A model generated the notes under the pieces. That model was given only the letters and a program-made list of their open reading frames with translations, was not told where the DNA came from and made no database searches. Shown here in pieces: positions 49,201 to 61,651 of a stretch of 64,000 bases of DNA. The position numbers and the translations under genes were made by a program. The stretch spans positions 10,416,001 through 10,480,000 of the forward strand of contig JBHGNT010000011.1 of assembly GCA_043228905.1 (NCBI GenBank), read 5' to 3'. The stretch's first letter is position 1, and each line of letters begins with the position of its first letter. The stretch comes from Azolla caroliniana. Taxonomy: Eukaryota > Plantae > Polypodiophyta.

Positions 49201-52200
49201 AGAGAGTCCGATTTCATTTCGGCTAAGTGGGCCGAATGAGGGGTTGGGCCGAAATGACCAACCTATTGAAGAGATGGCGAGTAGTGGAGACTCGGTTGTG
49301 ATGTCCCCGCGAAAAGAACCGAGGAGATGGTTTATGTGTAAAGAGAAGGGCAAGAAGAAAATGCTAGAATACGACTTCGGCAATGCTGAGTCAGATCGAA
49401 GCGAGTCAGACTACGGGCAAACTGAAAAGGAACCTACATATAAGAGGACGACAATAGCCGAAAAGGTCGTGAAATCGGGTAATCATGAATTACACTGATC
49501 TACCCACCTCAAGAACCCCGTAACGAGATATGGATATAATAATGAGTACATGGCACACCATTACGCATACATGACGCAAGTGGCGGAAGTGCGTGCGCCA
49601 GAGAGCTACGCAGAAGCGGCGAAAGACGTAAATTGGCATGCCGCAATGGAGGAAGAGATGCGCGCTTTGACTGATAATGAGACTTGGGACCTTGTTGATG
49701 CACTGCAAGGCGTAAAGCCGATCGAATGCATATGGGTGTACAAAGTGAAATACAACACTGACGGCTTTGTCAACCGCTACAAGGCCCGGTTAGTAGCGAA
49801 AGGCTACATGCCGAAGCACGGTGTGGACTACGACGAGACCTTCGCGCCTATTGCGAAGATGACCACCTTGCGTGTTCTGCTAGCCGTAGCAGCGGCAAAG
49901 GGGTGGCACTTACATCAGATGGATGTAAAGAATGCATTCCTACAAGGTGATCTTGAGGAGCAGGTGTACATGGTACAGTCCCCCGGATTTCAATCCGAAC
50001 AAAACACCTCGGCAATTTGCCGACTGAAGAAGTCACTCTATGAACTTAAGCAAGCCTTGCGAGCCTAGAATGTGAACATTACGCAACAGTTGCATAGGAT
50101 GGGGTTTACGACGTCTAAATCAGACTCTTCACTATTTGTTCGGCAAGGTCAATATGGACCGGTAAGTCTTCTACTTTATGTTGATGATTTAGTCATCACC
50201 GGTGCCAACCTGGACGAAATCCACCGCATAAAGTCTCAACTTGCGGCATCATTCGACATGAAGGATCTTGGAGACCTTCATTACTTCCTCGGGATCGAAG
50301 TGATCCGCAACCCGGAGGGCATATTGATCACTCAACGTCATTACACGCTGAATATGCTCTTCAAGTTCGGGATGGAAAATTGTAAGCCCATCTCGACTCC
50401 TCTGGACAGAAACGTAAACCTTCACCGAGATTCGGGAATGGCATGCGACCCAACAGGGTTTCGACAAATTGTCAGTAGCCTCATCTATTTAACAATTACT
50501 CAGTCGGATCTCTACTACCCGGTCGGCTTAATCAGCCAATTTATGTCACAACCTACGGCCGAACACTTTCTATGTGCGCAAAGAGTATTGTGATATGTAA
50601 GCAACACGAAAGAAATGGCATTGCTATATCGAGAAGGTGTATCCGAATAGTTAGTTGGTTACACGGATTCCAATTGGGCCGTAAATGCCCACGATCGTAG
50701 ATCCACATCTGGATACGCATTCTGACTGGGAAGTGTGCCGATCGCGTGGAGCAGCAAAAAGCAGCCGACAGCGGCATTGTTGAGCACGGAGGCTGAATAT
50801 TGCGGGGCGACTATCGCTACGTGCGAAGTCATTTGGCTAAAACGACTGTTACGGGATCTACATGTGGAGGTGTCCGATCTGACGATGATCTATTGTGACA
50901 ACCTCAGCAATATCCACCTTGCGAAAAACCCTATATTTCACACCTGGACCAAGCACATTGACATGCATTACCATTTTGTCTACGAGCGGGTCCTTTCAAG
51001 TGAAGTCGAACTAGCGTATGTTCCGACGGATCGACAAGTTGCCGACATTTTCACCAAGTCTCTTGGTCTCGGTAAGTTACGGCATTTCTCAGGTGATCTT
51101 GGGTTGCATCAACTCGACACGCCGAACTTGAGGGGGAGACAGAAACAAGAGAGTGAAAGGAGCGGAGGTGATCGTCGCGGCGGAAGTGACTGTGATGCGG
51201 AGTTGGATGTACAATTCGATTTCGGACCGGCTAAAGAAGCCGAAGAAGAGAGCAAGGGCTGTATTCGTTGGGAAGAGCCGAGGACAGTTGAATCAAGGGC
51301 AGGTAAGGCCAAGACCAAGACGTGGTCTGACATTGTCAAAGGCCTAAAGGCTGAACATAAATTGTAGACAGCCAATTCATATGAAAGCGGAATTGAATCG
51401 GAAACGTTTGATTCAATCGAAATATTTGATTCGGTTATTACGAATTGACTGAGGGCCAAGCGGAGAAAAGGGCAGCGAAGGACATGCCAACACCGTGACA
51501 CCAAGGGAGCTGAGAAGGGCCGAACAAGCAGACAAGCCGACTGGAAGGGTCGAAGCGCGCGGAATCGAACGAGTCAAGGAGCGTGCGCGATGCGTGAAGC
51601 CAGAAGAAACCGGAGTGTAGACAGAACCTCAAGTTGAGGTTGAGGGGGAGTGTTGAGTGACAAGCTCAACATTGGGTGCGTAATACAGTGCGTAGATTGG
51701 GTGCGTAAAATAGTACACATAACTTGGCTGTATCGGTGCGTAAACCGAAAGGCCGTTAGAGAGATATTCCTCGTAAGTAATAATTTTGGGAGTGAGTGTC
51801 GTGGCTCATTTATGAGCGGTCAAGTACTATTAGTACTTGTGTCAACCCAATGTTTAGGGCTTGTATAAAAGGTGCTCACTGAGCACAAAGCATGTACAGA
51901 GCGTCATTATTTTGAAATAGAACTGAGTTGTCTACTCTCTCTCTGTCTCTCCATCTCCATCTCTGTGTTTTCTGCATTTATCGAATTGTCTTATTTCCGA
52001 ACTGTGTACTCTGTGTTTACGCACACGCTTCCGCACATGTATTCTTTTACAAAGAGGCACGGGAAGGCGTTCACGTTCTCACCACAGGAGATCCGGTGTG
52101 TGGATCCAACAATCGTGGAGCCGATGGTTATCTTCACGGTACCACATGTACCGTGGAACCTCAAGCCAATTCTGGTACCTAGAGCTCACATCCCGAAGCT

Positions 52201-53650
52201 GATGGAGATACTGAAGTAGAAGGTGGCGATGGGCATCCTCGAGCCATTGAGTGCCCCATATTCAAATCGGTGGTTTACGGTGCTAAAGAAGAACGACACG
52301 TTGCGTTTCATTCAAGACCTGCATCTGGTCAATAAAGTAACCATTCGAAACGCGAGAATGAGGCCGACCATTGATGAGTTCGCGGAAGCCTTCGCTGGAA
52401 GGTCGATCTATTCGGTTGGTGATCTATATTCGGGATACGACCAATTCCAACTAGCCGTAGAGAGTAGGGATATTACGACAATGCGGACTCCTCTCGACTT
52501 AGTACAGATGTGTACCCTGCCGCACCGAGGGACGAACTCGGTAGCGCACCTGCTGAACGCGATGAACAAGGTGTTGAGGGACTGCATCCCGGGCATCACC
52601 TTGCCATTCGTGGATGACATCCCGCTCAAGGGATGTCCGGTGGAAGATAAGGATGAATCAGTCGGGCCGGAGGTTCGTGGCGGACCACATCGACAACTGC
52701 GAGAAGGTGCTACAGAGGCTCGAGAGTGCGAAACTCACCTTCTCTGGAGAGAAGTCGGCTTTCCGGTTTTCCAAAATCTTGGTGGGTGGACACTTGTGCG
52801 GGCCTTACGGCTGGAAACCGTCTTTGGCAAAGGTGGAAGCCATCTCTGTGATAAGGAAAGAATGTAAGTCGGTTACAAAGGTCCGGAGGTTCCTGGGTGC
52901 ATGCACGTTGTACCACATCTAGATTCCGCATTATGCACACGTCGCGGAATGGCTTTATGGGTTGCTGAAAAGGGGGCGTAAGTTCGAATGTTTTCTGGAT
53001 GCGCGACTACCTACCTATCCTAGGTATGGTTTTCGAATGCACGACTCTAGACTTAGCTATGCTCAGGTGGATCACGTATATCAAGTCCATGAATCCAGAG
53101 ATACGACACATCTCCAGGAAAGACAACGCCATGGCCGATATGCTTTCGAGAGTGTGATTCGATGACGAGGACGGCATGGTCGCCGAAGACGAAGAAGCCG
53201 GCGTACACTTCTTTGAGTCGGCTCGCATAGCGGCAAGGAAGGGGAGCACTCCGGCACTCAGTGAATTAAAAACGAGAACGAGTACAATGGGGAGTGGCTC
53301 CGATCGGCAGGTTGCTAAAAACGTTAACGTCAGACACGGCATGGACGAAGGATGAGGCGAACAGGATCCGGAAGAAGGTATATTGGTTCTTCCTGTAGAA
53401 CAGCAGTGTATGGAGGCACCCGAAGAAGCGTAACGATGTTCCACTCCACATAGTAGTGAGTAGGGAAGAGTAGGAGGCACTGTTGTCAATGTATCACGAG
53501 AGTCCTTGGGTTGGAAACCGCAGGACATGGGCCACGTTTGAGAAGCTGAAGGTGAAATATTGGTGGCCAGGGATATATAGGGACACGCACCGGTTTGTGA
53601 CGACCTGCAAGAGCTGCCAGATGCATTCAACGATCCAGCACAAAGATGAG

Positions 53651-54715
53651 TGTTGGGATCACCGTCATCTAATGCGGAACATGATCAACACTCTTCTAGG
53701 ATAAGATCGAGAAAGGATGCAAGATCGTAACATTGATGGCAGTAAAGACAAACAATACAACTGGTACGCAAGAGAGAGAGATAGTTAGGCACAACGTCAA
53801 GAGTATATTTCAACTTAAAGTAACCACCACCAACTAGGTTACAAAGTCAGTTTATATACGGACTGACTTAGGGCAACTGCCCTTCTCACTATTTACATAA
53901 ATAGCGTAAGCCTAGTGTGTACAAACGGAGACAATGTAAATACTTCCATTAGAAGCCAGTATTCAACACTCCCCCATAATGGGCATATACATCCAAAATT
54001 TGTAATCCGAAATGAATGTACAATACAGCTTGAGACAAGGTTTACGCACAATTGAGAATTCGTTCAAGTCGGTGAACTCCAAAGAGTAGAAGGCAGTATT
54101 GGTTGAGTTTAGAGAGACTGAAGCCGAAGTTCAAACTATCCAGGTCTATTGTCCGAGAAACGTCCTGAGTGTCCGATTTAATCAGATTGATTCTTCATTA
54201 TGCCCATTCGATGCCGAAGGGATCAAAATCGATCCGCCGAAACGCACTTGGTTAATGTGTTCGCGCCATTATCGGTTGTCGATATTTTCTCCAGACTGAT
54301 TTTCCCTGTGATGACGCAGTCCCGAATGAAGTGATATCGAACATCGATATGCTTGGAGTCGTTGTGATGAACTGGATTTTTCGACAGAGCAACAATACCC
54401 TCACTGTCAATGTACACAATTGGAGCCAAGCCGATTTTAGCTTGTCGAAACGTGCAAACAAGCCGACCGAGCAATAAGGCCTCTTTCACCGCATCGGATG
54501 CGGCTACGTATTCAGCCTTGGTCGTTGATGTGGTGGTGCACTCCTGAAGTTTCGATTTCCATGAGATGGCTCTATTACCAAATTTGAAACAGTATCCAGT
54601 TGTCGATTAACGGTTGCCTATGCAGCCCGCAAAGTCAGAGTCGGTATATCCGACTACGCCTAAGATGTCGTTTGGGCAGAATAGAATGCCAACATCTTTT
54701 GTGCCCACCAGATAT
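53651..54715 (-). mobile_element. Copia element K: 3' LTR (53651-53968) and RNase H remnant
   Basis: TG..CA LTR next to a CTCCCCC PPT; KHIDVRYHFIRD on the minus strand. Confidence 0.8.
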
Positions 54716-57700
54716 TGTTGAGTGACAAGTTCAACATTGGGTGCATAATACGGTGCGTAAAACAGTACACATAATGTGGCCGTATCGGTGCATAAACCGA
54801 AAGGCTGTTAGTATGGTATTCCTCATAAGGAATAATTGTGGGAGTTAGTGTAGTAGGCTCATTTATGAGCAGTCAAGTACTGTCAATACTTGTGTCAACC
54901 TGATAGTCAGGGCTTGTATAAAAGGTGCTCATTGAGCACAAAGAATGTATAGAGCGTCATTATCTTGAAATACAACTGAGTTGTCTACTCTCTCTCTGTC
55001 TCTCCATCTCCATCTCTGTGTTTTCTGCGGTTACCGAACTGTCTTATTTCCGAACTATGTACTCTCTGTTTACGCACACGCTTCCGCACGTGTATTCTTT
55101 TACATGGTATCAGAGCGCGAGGGTTGAAGTCCTCTGCAGCCGACAAGAAAAGCTTGCAACAAAACAGAGTTGAAGTTGTTCTTCATTTTATTTTTTTTGA
55201 AAAAGAAAAAGACAGCAATATGGATAGAGGTATGGGAAGCTCACTACCAACTGAAAAGCTTAACAGGAGCAACCACGCACCTTGGTCGTACAAGATGCAC
55301 TAGTACCTGCTCGGTCACGGCTACTAGAGTTATGTCGAAGGAGCTAATGATGTAGCACCAAATTTGACAAACAAAGATTTTTCGGCTTGGGAACAAGCGG
55401 CAAGCAGAGCTCTCTACTGCTTTGCATCCTGTGTGAGCGACCAGCTATTGAGCTATATTGGGGATGCTAAGACGCCAAAGGACGCATGGGTGAATCTCAA
55501 AAAGATTTTCTCCGAAAGCACAACGGGCAGGAAGCTGCAACTCAGGCAAGAGCTCAGCAATGTCCAGCAGACAAATCGGTCTGTGGCTGATTAAACGGCC
55601 CGAATCAAGGAAATCTACGATTCTCTTGCCTCCATTAACGTAAATGTTGAGGAAGATGAAATGGTGCAGGTTTGCCTTGGTGGGCTAGCACACAAGTTCG
55701 GAGCCTTTCAAACAACGATCTGTACGAGGGAGAATACGCCTTCGTTCTTCGAGCTTCAGTCAATGTTGCTCATGGAGGAAAATCACGCGGGTGCGTCGAC
55801 GAGTATACATGCCGATGGCAAGATGTTGTACACAGAGGAAGATAGGCCTCGTGGTCATGGTGGACGAGGCGGATTGGCGCGCAATGGAGGCGGCCGACAA
55901 GAGCAGAACAGGCGGCATAATCGAAATGCCGAGAGCAGTTCCGGACCCTCCATAAGCAGGGGGAGTCATGGCGGCGCCGGAAGCCGGCAAGAGAAGGCCG
56001 CGTCGGAATGCTGGTACTATGGCAAGAAAGGCCACAAGGAGAGCCAGTGCTAGAAAAAGAGAGATGATTCGGACTAAGCCGGATCGAGTCGAAGAGACGT
56101 AGAGAGGCGTCAGAGATCGCACTACAGAGAAGGCTCTAAACAAGCCGAAAACAAATCGGGCCCAGCCTTCGCAATGAAGGATAAGGCCAATTTTATCTTC
56201 GTGAACACCTCCAAATCAAGCGAGGTGTGGTATGTTGAGTCCAGAGCGTCAAATCATATGACGAGTCACGAGGAATGGTTCTCGTACTTGGAGAAACTGG
56301 AATCGCAAGGAGTGGTCGAAACAGGAAACGACACTCCACATACCATCGAACATGTCGGCGAAGTTCCACCCAGCCATGTCGGGCAGAAAGGGAAACTCAT
56401 GAACGTGTTGCATGTCCCGACAATAACGAAGAACATGGTGTCAGTCGGTCAGATCGTCGACCAGGGAATGCAAGTTCAATTCACACATCTCGGTTTCTTC
56501 ATAGAAGAGAAAGGCAAAGTAATCGCGCAAGGGCACCGTGAAGGGAGGATGTTTATCGTTGTACGGGAAAGGATAAAAGGTCGAATCGGATATCAACTTG
56601 CGGACAAGTGGTTCGGCCATGTAAATTTCCCACGGCTTTGTGAGATGCAGACAAAGAACATTGTCTTCGGCTTCACGAAATTTCGGGGCCGTAATGGCCA
56701 AGTCAACGAAGCTTGTCAGATGGGAAAACAACACCGACTTCCATTCCCCAATGAGTGTAATCATAGTCAAAGTTCACTGGATTTGATCCATTCGGATATC
56801 TGGGGACCGGCAGAGAATGTGCATCTCGGTGGAAGCCGTTACTTCGTAACCTTCATCGACGAATTCACTCGGTACACATGGGCATGCACGATCACGAAGA
56901 AGAGCGAAGTCTTCGCATGTTTCTTGAAGGTGAAGATCCTTGTGGAAAGGGAAATAGGGCACAAGATCAAATGCCTACGGTCCGCTGGCGGGAAGGAGTA
57001 CTTCTCCGACCAGTTCACAAGTTACCTATAAAAGGAGGGAATTTGACGCGAATTCTCATGCAGATACACGCCGCAGCAAAACGGCGTGTCCAAGTAGAAG
57101 AACCGGACAATCGAAGAAGCAGCTAGGGCAATGCTTGAAGAGAAGCATATGCCGAAATTTTATTGGGCCGAAGCCGTGAGGACGGCTATCTACTTGCTAA
57201 ATCGAACTTCTGCTAATGGAGGAATGTCACTACATGAGCTGTATTTCGGAAAGAAGCCGAACATGGCACACTTGTGGATTTTCGGTAGCATTCCATATGT
57301 GCATGTGCCAAAGGAAAAGAGGAGGAAGTTGGACGCCAAAGCCGAAAAGCGCATCTTAGTCAACTATCCAAACGAGCAGAAGGGGTATAATTGTTATAAC
57401 CCCCGAACAAAGGAAGTACACGTAAGTCGAGATGTCGTTTTCGACGAATCCGCTTCGTGGTACCTGCCTTCACCACCAATACCTCACGACTCCATTCAAA
57501 ATTCTGAGGAAGAAGTCAGCGAGGGTGAGATGCCTCTGCATGATGAAGAAATTGGAGCTCTGAAAGAGAGTCCGATCTCATTTCGGCTAAATGGGCCGAA
57601 TGAAGGGTTGAGCCGAAATGACCAACCTATTGAACAGACGGCGAGTAGTGGAGACTCGGCCGTGATGTCCCCGCGTAAAGAACCGAGGAGACGGTTTACG

Positions 57701-58800
57701 CGTAAAGAGAAGGGCATGAAGAAAATGCCAAAATACGACTTCAACAGTGCCGAGTCAGATCAGAGCGAGTCAGAGTACAGGCAAACTGAAAAGGAACCTC
57801 CACGGAAGAGGTCGACAGTAGCCCAAAAGGTCGTGAAATCGGGTAATCACGAATTACGCCGATTTACCCGCCTCAAGAACCCCGTAAAGAGATATGGGTA
57901 TAATCAGTACATGACACACCATTACGCGTACATGACACGAGTGGTGGACGTGCGTGAGCCGGAGAGCTATGCAGAAGCGGCGAAAGATGTGAACTGGCGT
58001 GCCACAATGGAGGAAAAGATTCGCGCTTTGACTGATAATGAGACTTGGGACGTGGTTGATGCATCGCAGGATGTAAAGTCGATCGGATGTATGTGGGGTG
58101 TATAAAGTGAAATACAATACCGACGGCTCAGTCAATCGATACAAGGCCCACTTAGTGGCGAAAGGCTATGTGTAGAAGCACGGCGTGGACTTCGACAATA
58201 CCTTCGCGCCGGTCACGAAGATGCCTACCGTGCGGGTTCTACTAGTCATAGCTGCGACAAAGGGGTGGCACTTACATCAAATGGATGTAAAGAACGTGTT
58301 CTTGCAAGGTGATCTTGAGGAACAGGTGTACACGGTACAGCCCCCCGGTTTTCTATCCGAACAAAACACTTCGGTAGTTTACCGACTAAAGAAGTCACTA
58401 TACGGACTAAAGCAAGCCCCGCGTGCTTGGAACGTGAAAATCGTGCAGTGATTGTGTCGGATGGAGTTTACGACGTCAAAATCAGACTCTTCACTATTTG
58501 TTCGGTAAAGTCAATCTGTATGTTGATGATTTAGTCATCGCCGGTGTCGACCTGGATGAAATCCGCCGCATAAAGTCTCAGCTTGCGGCATCATTCCAAA
58601 TGAAGGATCTTGGAGACCTTCATTACTTCCTCAGGATCGAAGTGATTCGTACCCCTGAAGGTATATTGATTAGCCACCGTCATTACGTGCTAAATATGCT
58701 CTTCAAATTCGGGATGGCAAATTGTAAGCCCATCTCGACCCCTCTGGAAAGAAACATAAATCTTCGTCGAGATTTGGGAAAGGCATGTGACCCGACACGG
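54716..58800 (+). mobile_element. Copia element L (family of I): 5' LTR 54716-55104, PBS, decayed gag-PR-INT-RT, cut by M
   Basis: LTR similar to that of I; TGGTATCAGAGC at 55105; ORFs 56174..57031, 57131..58105 and 58498..58878. Confidence 0.9.
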
Positions 58801-60103
58801 TGTCGCGTTGTTACGTGTGTGCGTGGAGAAGGGTGGGACCACGGGGGTCTTGGACTAGGGAGTGGAGGAGAAGATTAGCTCAAGAGGAGAAGAGAACGAA
58901 TATGACATTATGATAGGAGAAGAAGATGCAATCAAGATACTCAACAAGAAGTTCTATTAAGAAATGAATGATTACAACAAATGGTGGCCGCCATGGCCGC
59001 ACCAAACGACTATATGAAAAACCCTAAAGGAAAACCCAAGAAGAAAACCCTAACCGAAACCCTAACCCTAAAACGAAATGGGAAGAAGGAGAACCCTCGA
59101 CTAAGTGGTATACCTTACTCACACAAAATAGGCAACCCCTTCACAAAGGGCGTTCCCTTCCTTTTATAGAACAAGGACAGGGATGCGTTACAATGTGGGA
59201 TAAACACCGACTTACATGGGACCGTCTGTCCCGACTTGACTACTCTTCGGCGCCATAAAGGCGCCCTCGTTATTCACATTAAATGTACATGGGTGCGTAC
59301 ACACGTTGCACCCCGCCGATGTAGCCAATGTTTCCCGGTTTCCGCTTGTGGATGAAAATCTTCACGACATCCGCCCCCACCTAACCGCACATCCACCGGT
59401 ATGTGCCAAAACATAAGGGAGGGAACACGAGATTTTCGGCCACGACGACCGGCCGAGTCGTTAGCGTCCTCGTGGGCCCGCCCGGTTTTGTCCTCCACTT
59501 CGAGCAAGACCACCCCGTCCACACAAACCACCGCTGCCTTCCGGTCCACCATCCTCGTCGAATGGTCTCGAACCGTCGGCACCATCCGATCCGCCACACT
59601 CGACGATGTTCGCCGAGTCGTTGCCTCCACCCGATCCGCCACGTCCACCGTGGGTCCTTGAACCACCGGCTACATCCGACCCGCCGTGTCCGATGCCCGT
59701 GCTTTCCTCCCCGTTTGGTCCTCCCGAACGTCGTCGCCAACCCGGTTGCTCTTCCTTTGTCCGCCTCGTATATCCTCCGAATGCGCTCCCGGCCGCATGC
59801 CGGATTCCGCCCTTTGTGTGCCACACACCTCGGCGTGCCGATTCTCTCCGCTCCGCGCTTGCCTTCCGTAGGCTTTCCCCGTTGTTCGCCGTACTCTCTC
59901 GCGGTAGAGCGTGCCATCACCTAGTCCTGCTTCGTGGCTCTCGTTACCGCTTGGCCCGCTTGGCCTCGCATGCCTTCCGGGACGCCGCGCTTCCGTAGCC
60001 CGTTGCTCTCCATGCACCTCCTCCGGTTCTCAAGACATAGCCTTCCATGCTCGTCGATCATCCTCGTGCTTGTTGTTCGGCCCTTACACGGCCACATCGC
60101 ACG
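58801..60103 (-). mobile_element. Element M: 3' LTR (58801-59369) and 3' internal region of a C-like non-autonomous element
   Basis: About 59370-60040 is homologous to C 15580-16292; LTR ends match C while the LTR middle differs. Confidence 0.85.
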
Positions 60104-60491
60104 TCTTATCTAAATATTGATTAATCGAATACAATACACTCGTGGGATTCACGAAATTTCTATCTCTCTTTCTAATAATCTATTCATTACTAGCCTCATC
60201 TCATATTCTTCTTTCTCCTAGTCCAAAACCTCGGCGGTTCCCACCCGACTCACGCAACGATCCGGAGCCGAAAGGCACGACACAGTTGGTGAACCCGACG
60301 TGAATCGAACTGTGTCGTGCCTTTCGGCTCCGGATCGTTGCGTGAGTCGGGTGGGAACCGCCGAGGTTTTGGACTAGGAGAAAGAAGAATATGAGATGAG
60401 GCTAGTAATGAATAGATTATTAGAAAGAGAGATAGAAATTTCGTGAATCCCACGAGTGTATTGTATTCGATTAATCAATATTTAGATAAGA
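60104..60491. repeat. 184-bp inverted repeat (hairpin) with a 20-nt tRNA-Trp-derived loop
   Basis: Arms 60104-60287 and 60308-60491 are reverse complements with no mismatch seen by eye; loop GGTGAACCCGACGTGAATCG. Confidence 0.93.
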
Positions 60492-61001
60492 ATATGTATT
60501 TAGATTGAAAGAAAGATATAAGAAACTTGTGAATCCCACAAGTATAGATTATATTATTTTCGTGAATCCCACGATTATATTAATCGGTTGGTGTTTTCGG
60601 AAATATATCCAATTTCCAAATATTTCACACGCCTATTACATTGTGCTCCCCATCCTTATGTAGTGATGGGAGAGACTAAGCATAGCTACATGCTTTTTTT
60701 TCTAATATGTTCATGCACACTAAATGTGCATGTGATGCTTTTCTAATCCTTGCTTTTATTTGCTAAATATAGTGCTCATGCACGCTAGATGTGCATGAGT
60801 CACTTTTTAGTTGCTTGCGTTTTTCTATAAAATATTCACGCACTCTAAAAATGCATGATTTACCTTTTAATAAAGGTAGGTGCAAATAAAGCACTTATAG
60901 TTATTAAATCTATTTATAGAACACTAAAGATAAGGTAGCATAATGGTAAAGTTGAGGTTTGGCTATGTGGAGGTACAAGGTTCAAATCTTGCCCTATGCA
61001 C

Positions 61002-61110
61002 GTGATAAATATCTTGATATTCTTATTTTATTTATTGGTGATAAATACCTTGATATTCTTATTTTATTTATTGGTGATAAATATCTTGATATTCTTATTT
61101 TATTTATTTA
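61002..61110. repeat. 36-bp AT-rich tandem repeat (about 3 copies) in U3 of N
   Basis: gtgataaatatcttgatattcttattttattt occurs three times. Confidence 0.9.
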
Positions 61111-61651
61111 TATGTAATTAAATCGGTTATATTATTTTTACTTTTTCACGTAGTGTACGAAATACACTACGACACTCGCCCCCTCCGAACCCGCACATCC
61201 TCCGGTATGTGCCGAAGTTGCCGATGCTCGTTGTCTCCCCTTCATCCTCCGTTTGTCCCGCTATGTCAACTTTGTCTCTCCATTTTGAGTAGACCCATTC
61301 TTTCCACCCGAACCATTGTCGCCATCCGATCCACCATATTCTTTGTTCTCTCTCGTCATATTCTTGGCCCTTGTCATTCGTGGTAGTGTCTTTTACTGGC
61401 CTCTTTCTTGTCTTCATCAACCTTGACTTTTTTCCGGATCGCTCTCGTCCGATCGACTTTCGGTTTGATCGGCTTCCGATCGGATTCGTATTTGGCCGAA
61501 TCGGAATCGGTTGTTCGGTTTCGATTGAGTCGGTCTCCTTCCGCCCCGGTTTCGATCTATCGGTTTCGGTTTCGGTTGGCTTTCTTTTCCTCGTTTTCAC
61601 CAGCCTCGACCGGTCCAACCTCCGGTTGAGTCGAATTAGCTTCTTTCCGGA

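Larger units (their letters stand above)
40730..52051 (+). mobile_element. Copia element I
   Basis: LTRs 40730-41109 and 51651-52051; TSD AAGAG; PBS 41110-41121; decayed gag-pol at 41222-42370 and 48184-51367. Confidence 0.93.
37358..53650 (+). mobile_element. Trp-family gypsy H (pol-bearing, decayed), split by Copia I and cut at 53650 by K
   Basis: LTR from TGTCGTGGGG to about 38013; degenerate PBS GTGAACCTGACGTGAA; gag about 38050-39000; protease 39662..40147; RT about 52052-52990 (FVDD); INT zinc finger 53483-53650. Confidence 0.85.

Noticed and set aside
60104-60491. MIRNA gene or MITE
   Set aside because: The arms are LTR sequence of N and the loop is PBS/tRNA-derived; no TSD. An assembly artefact is less likely given the extra tRNA-matching bases, but is not excluded.
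60930-60995. Functional tRNA genes at the A/B-box sites (also 32195 and 44500)
   Set aside because: I could not fold a convincing cloverleaf with acceptor and anticodon stems; kept only as Pol III-like motifs.
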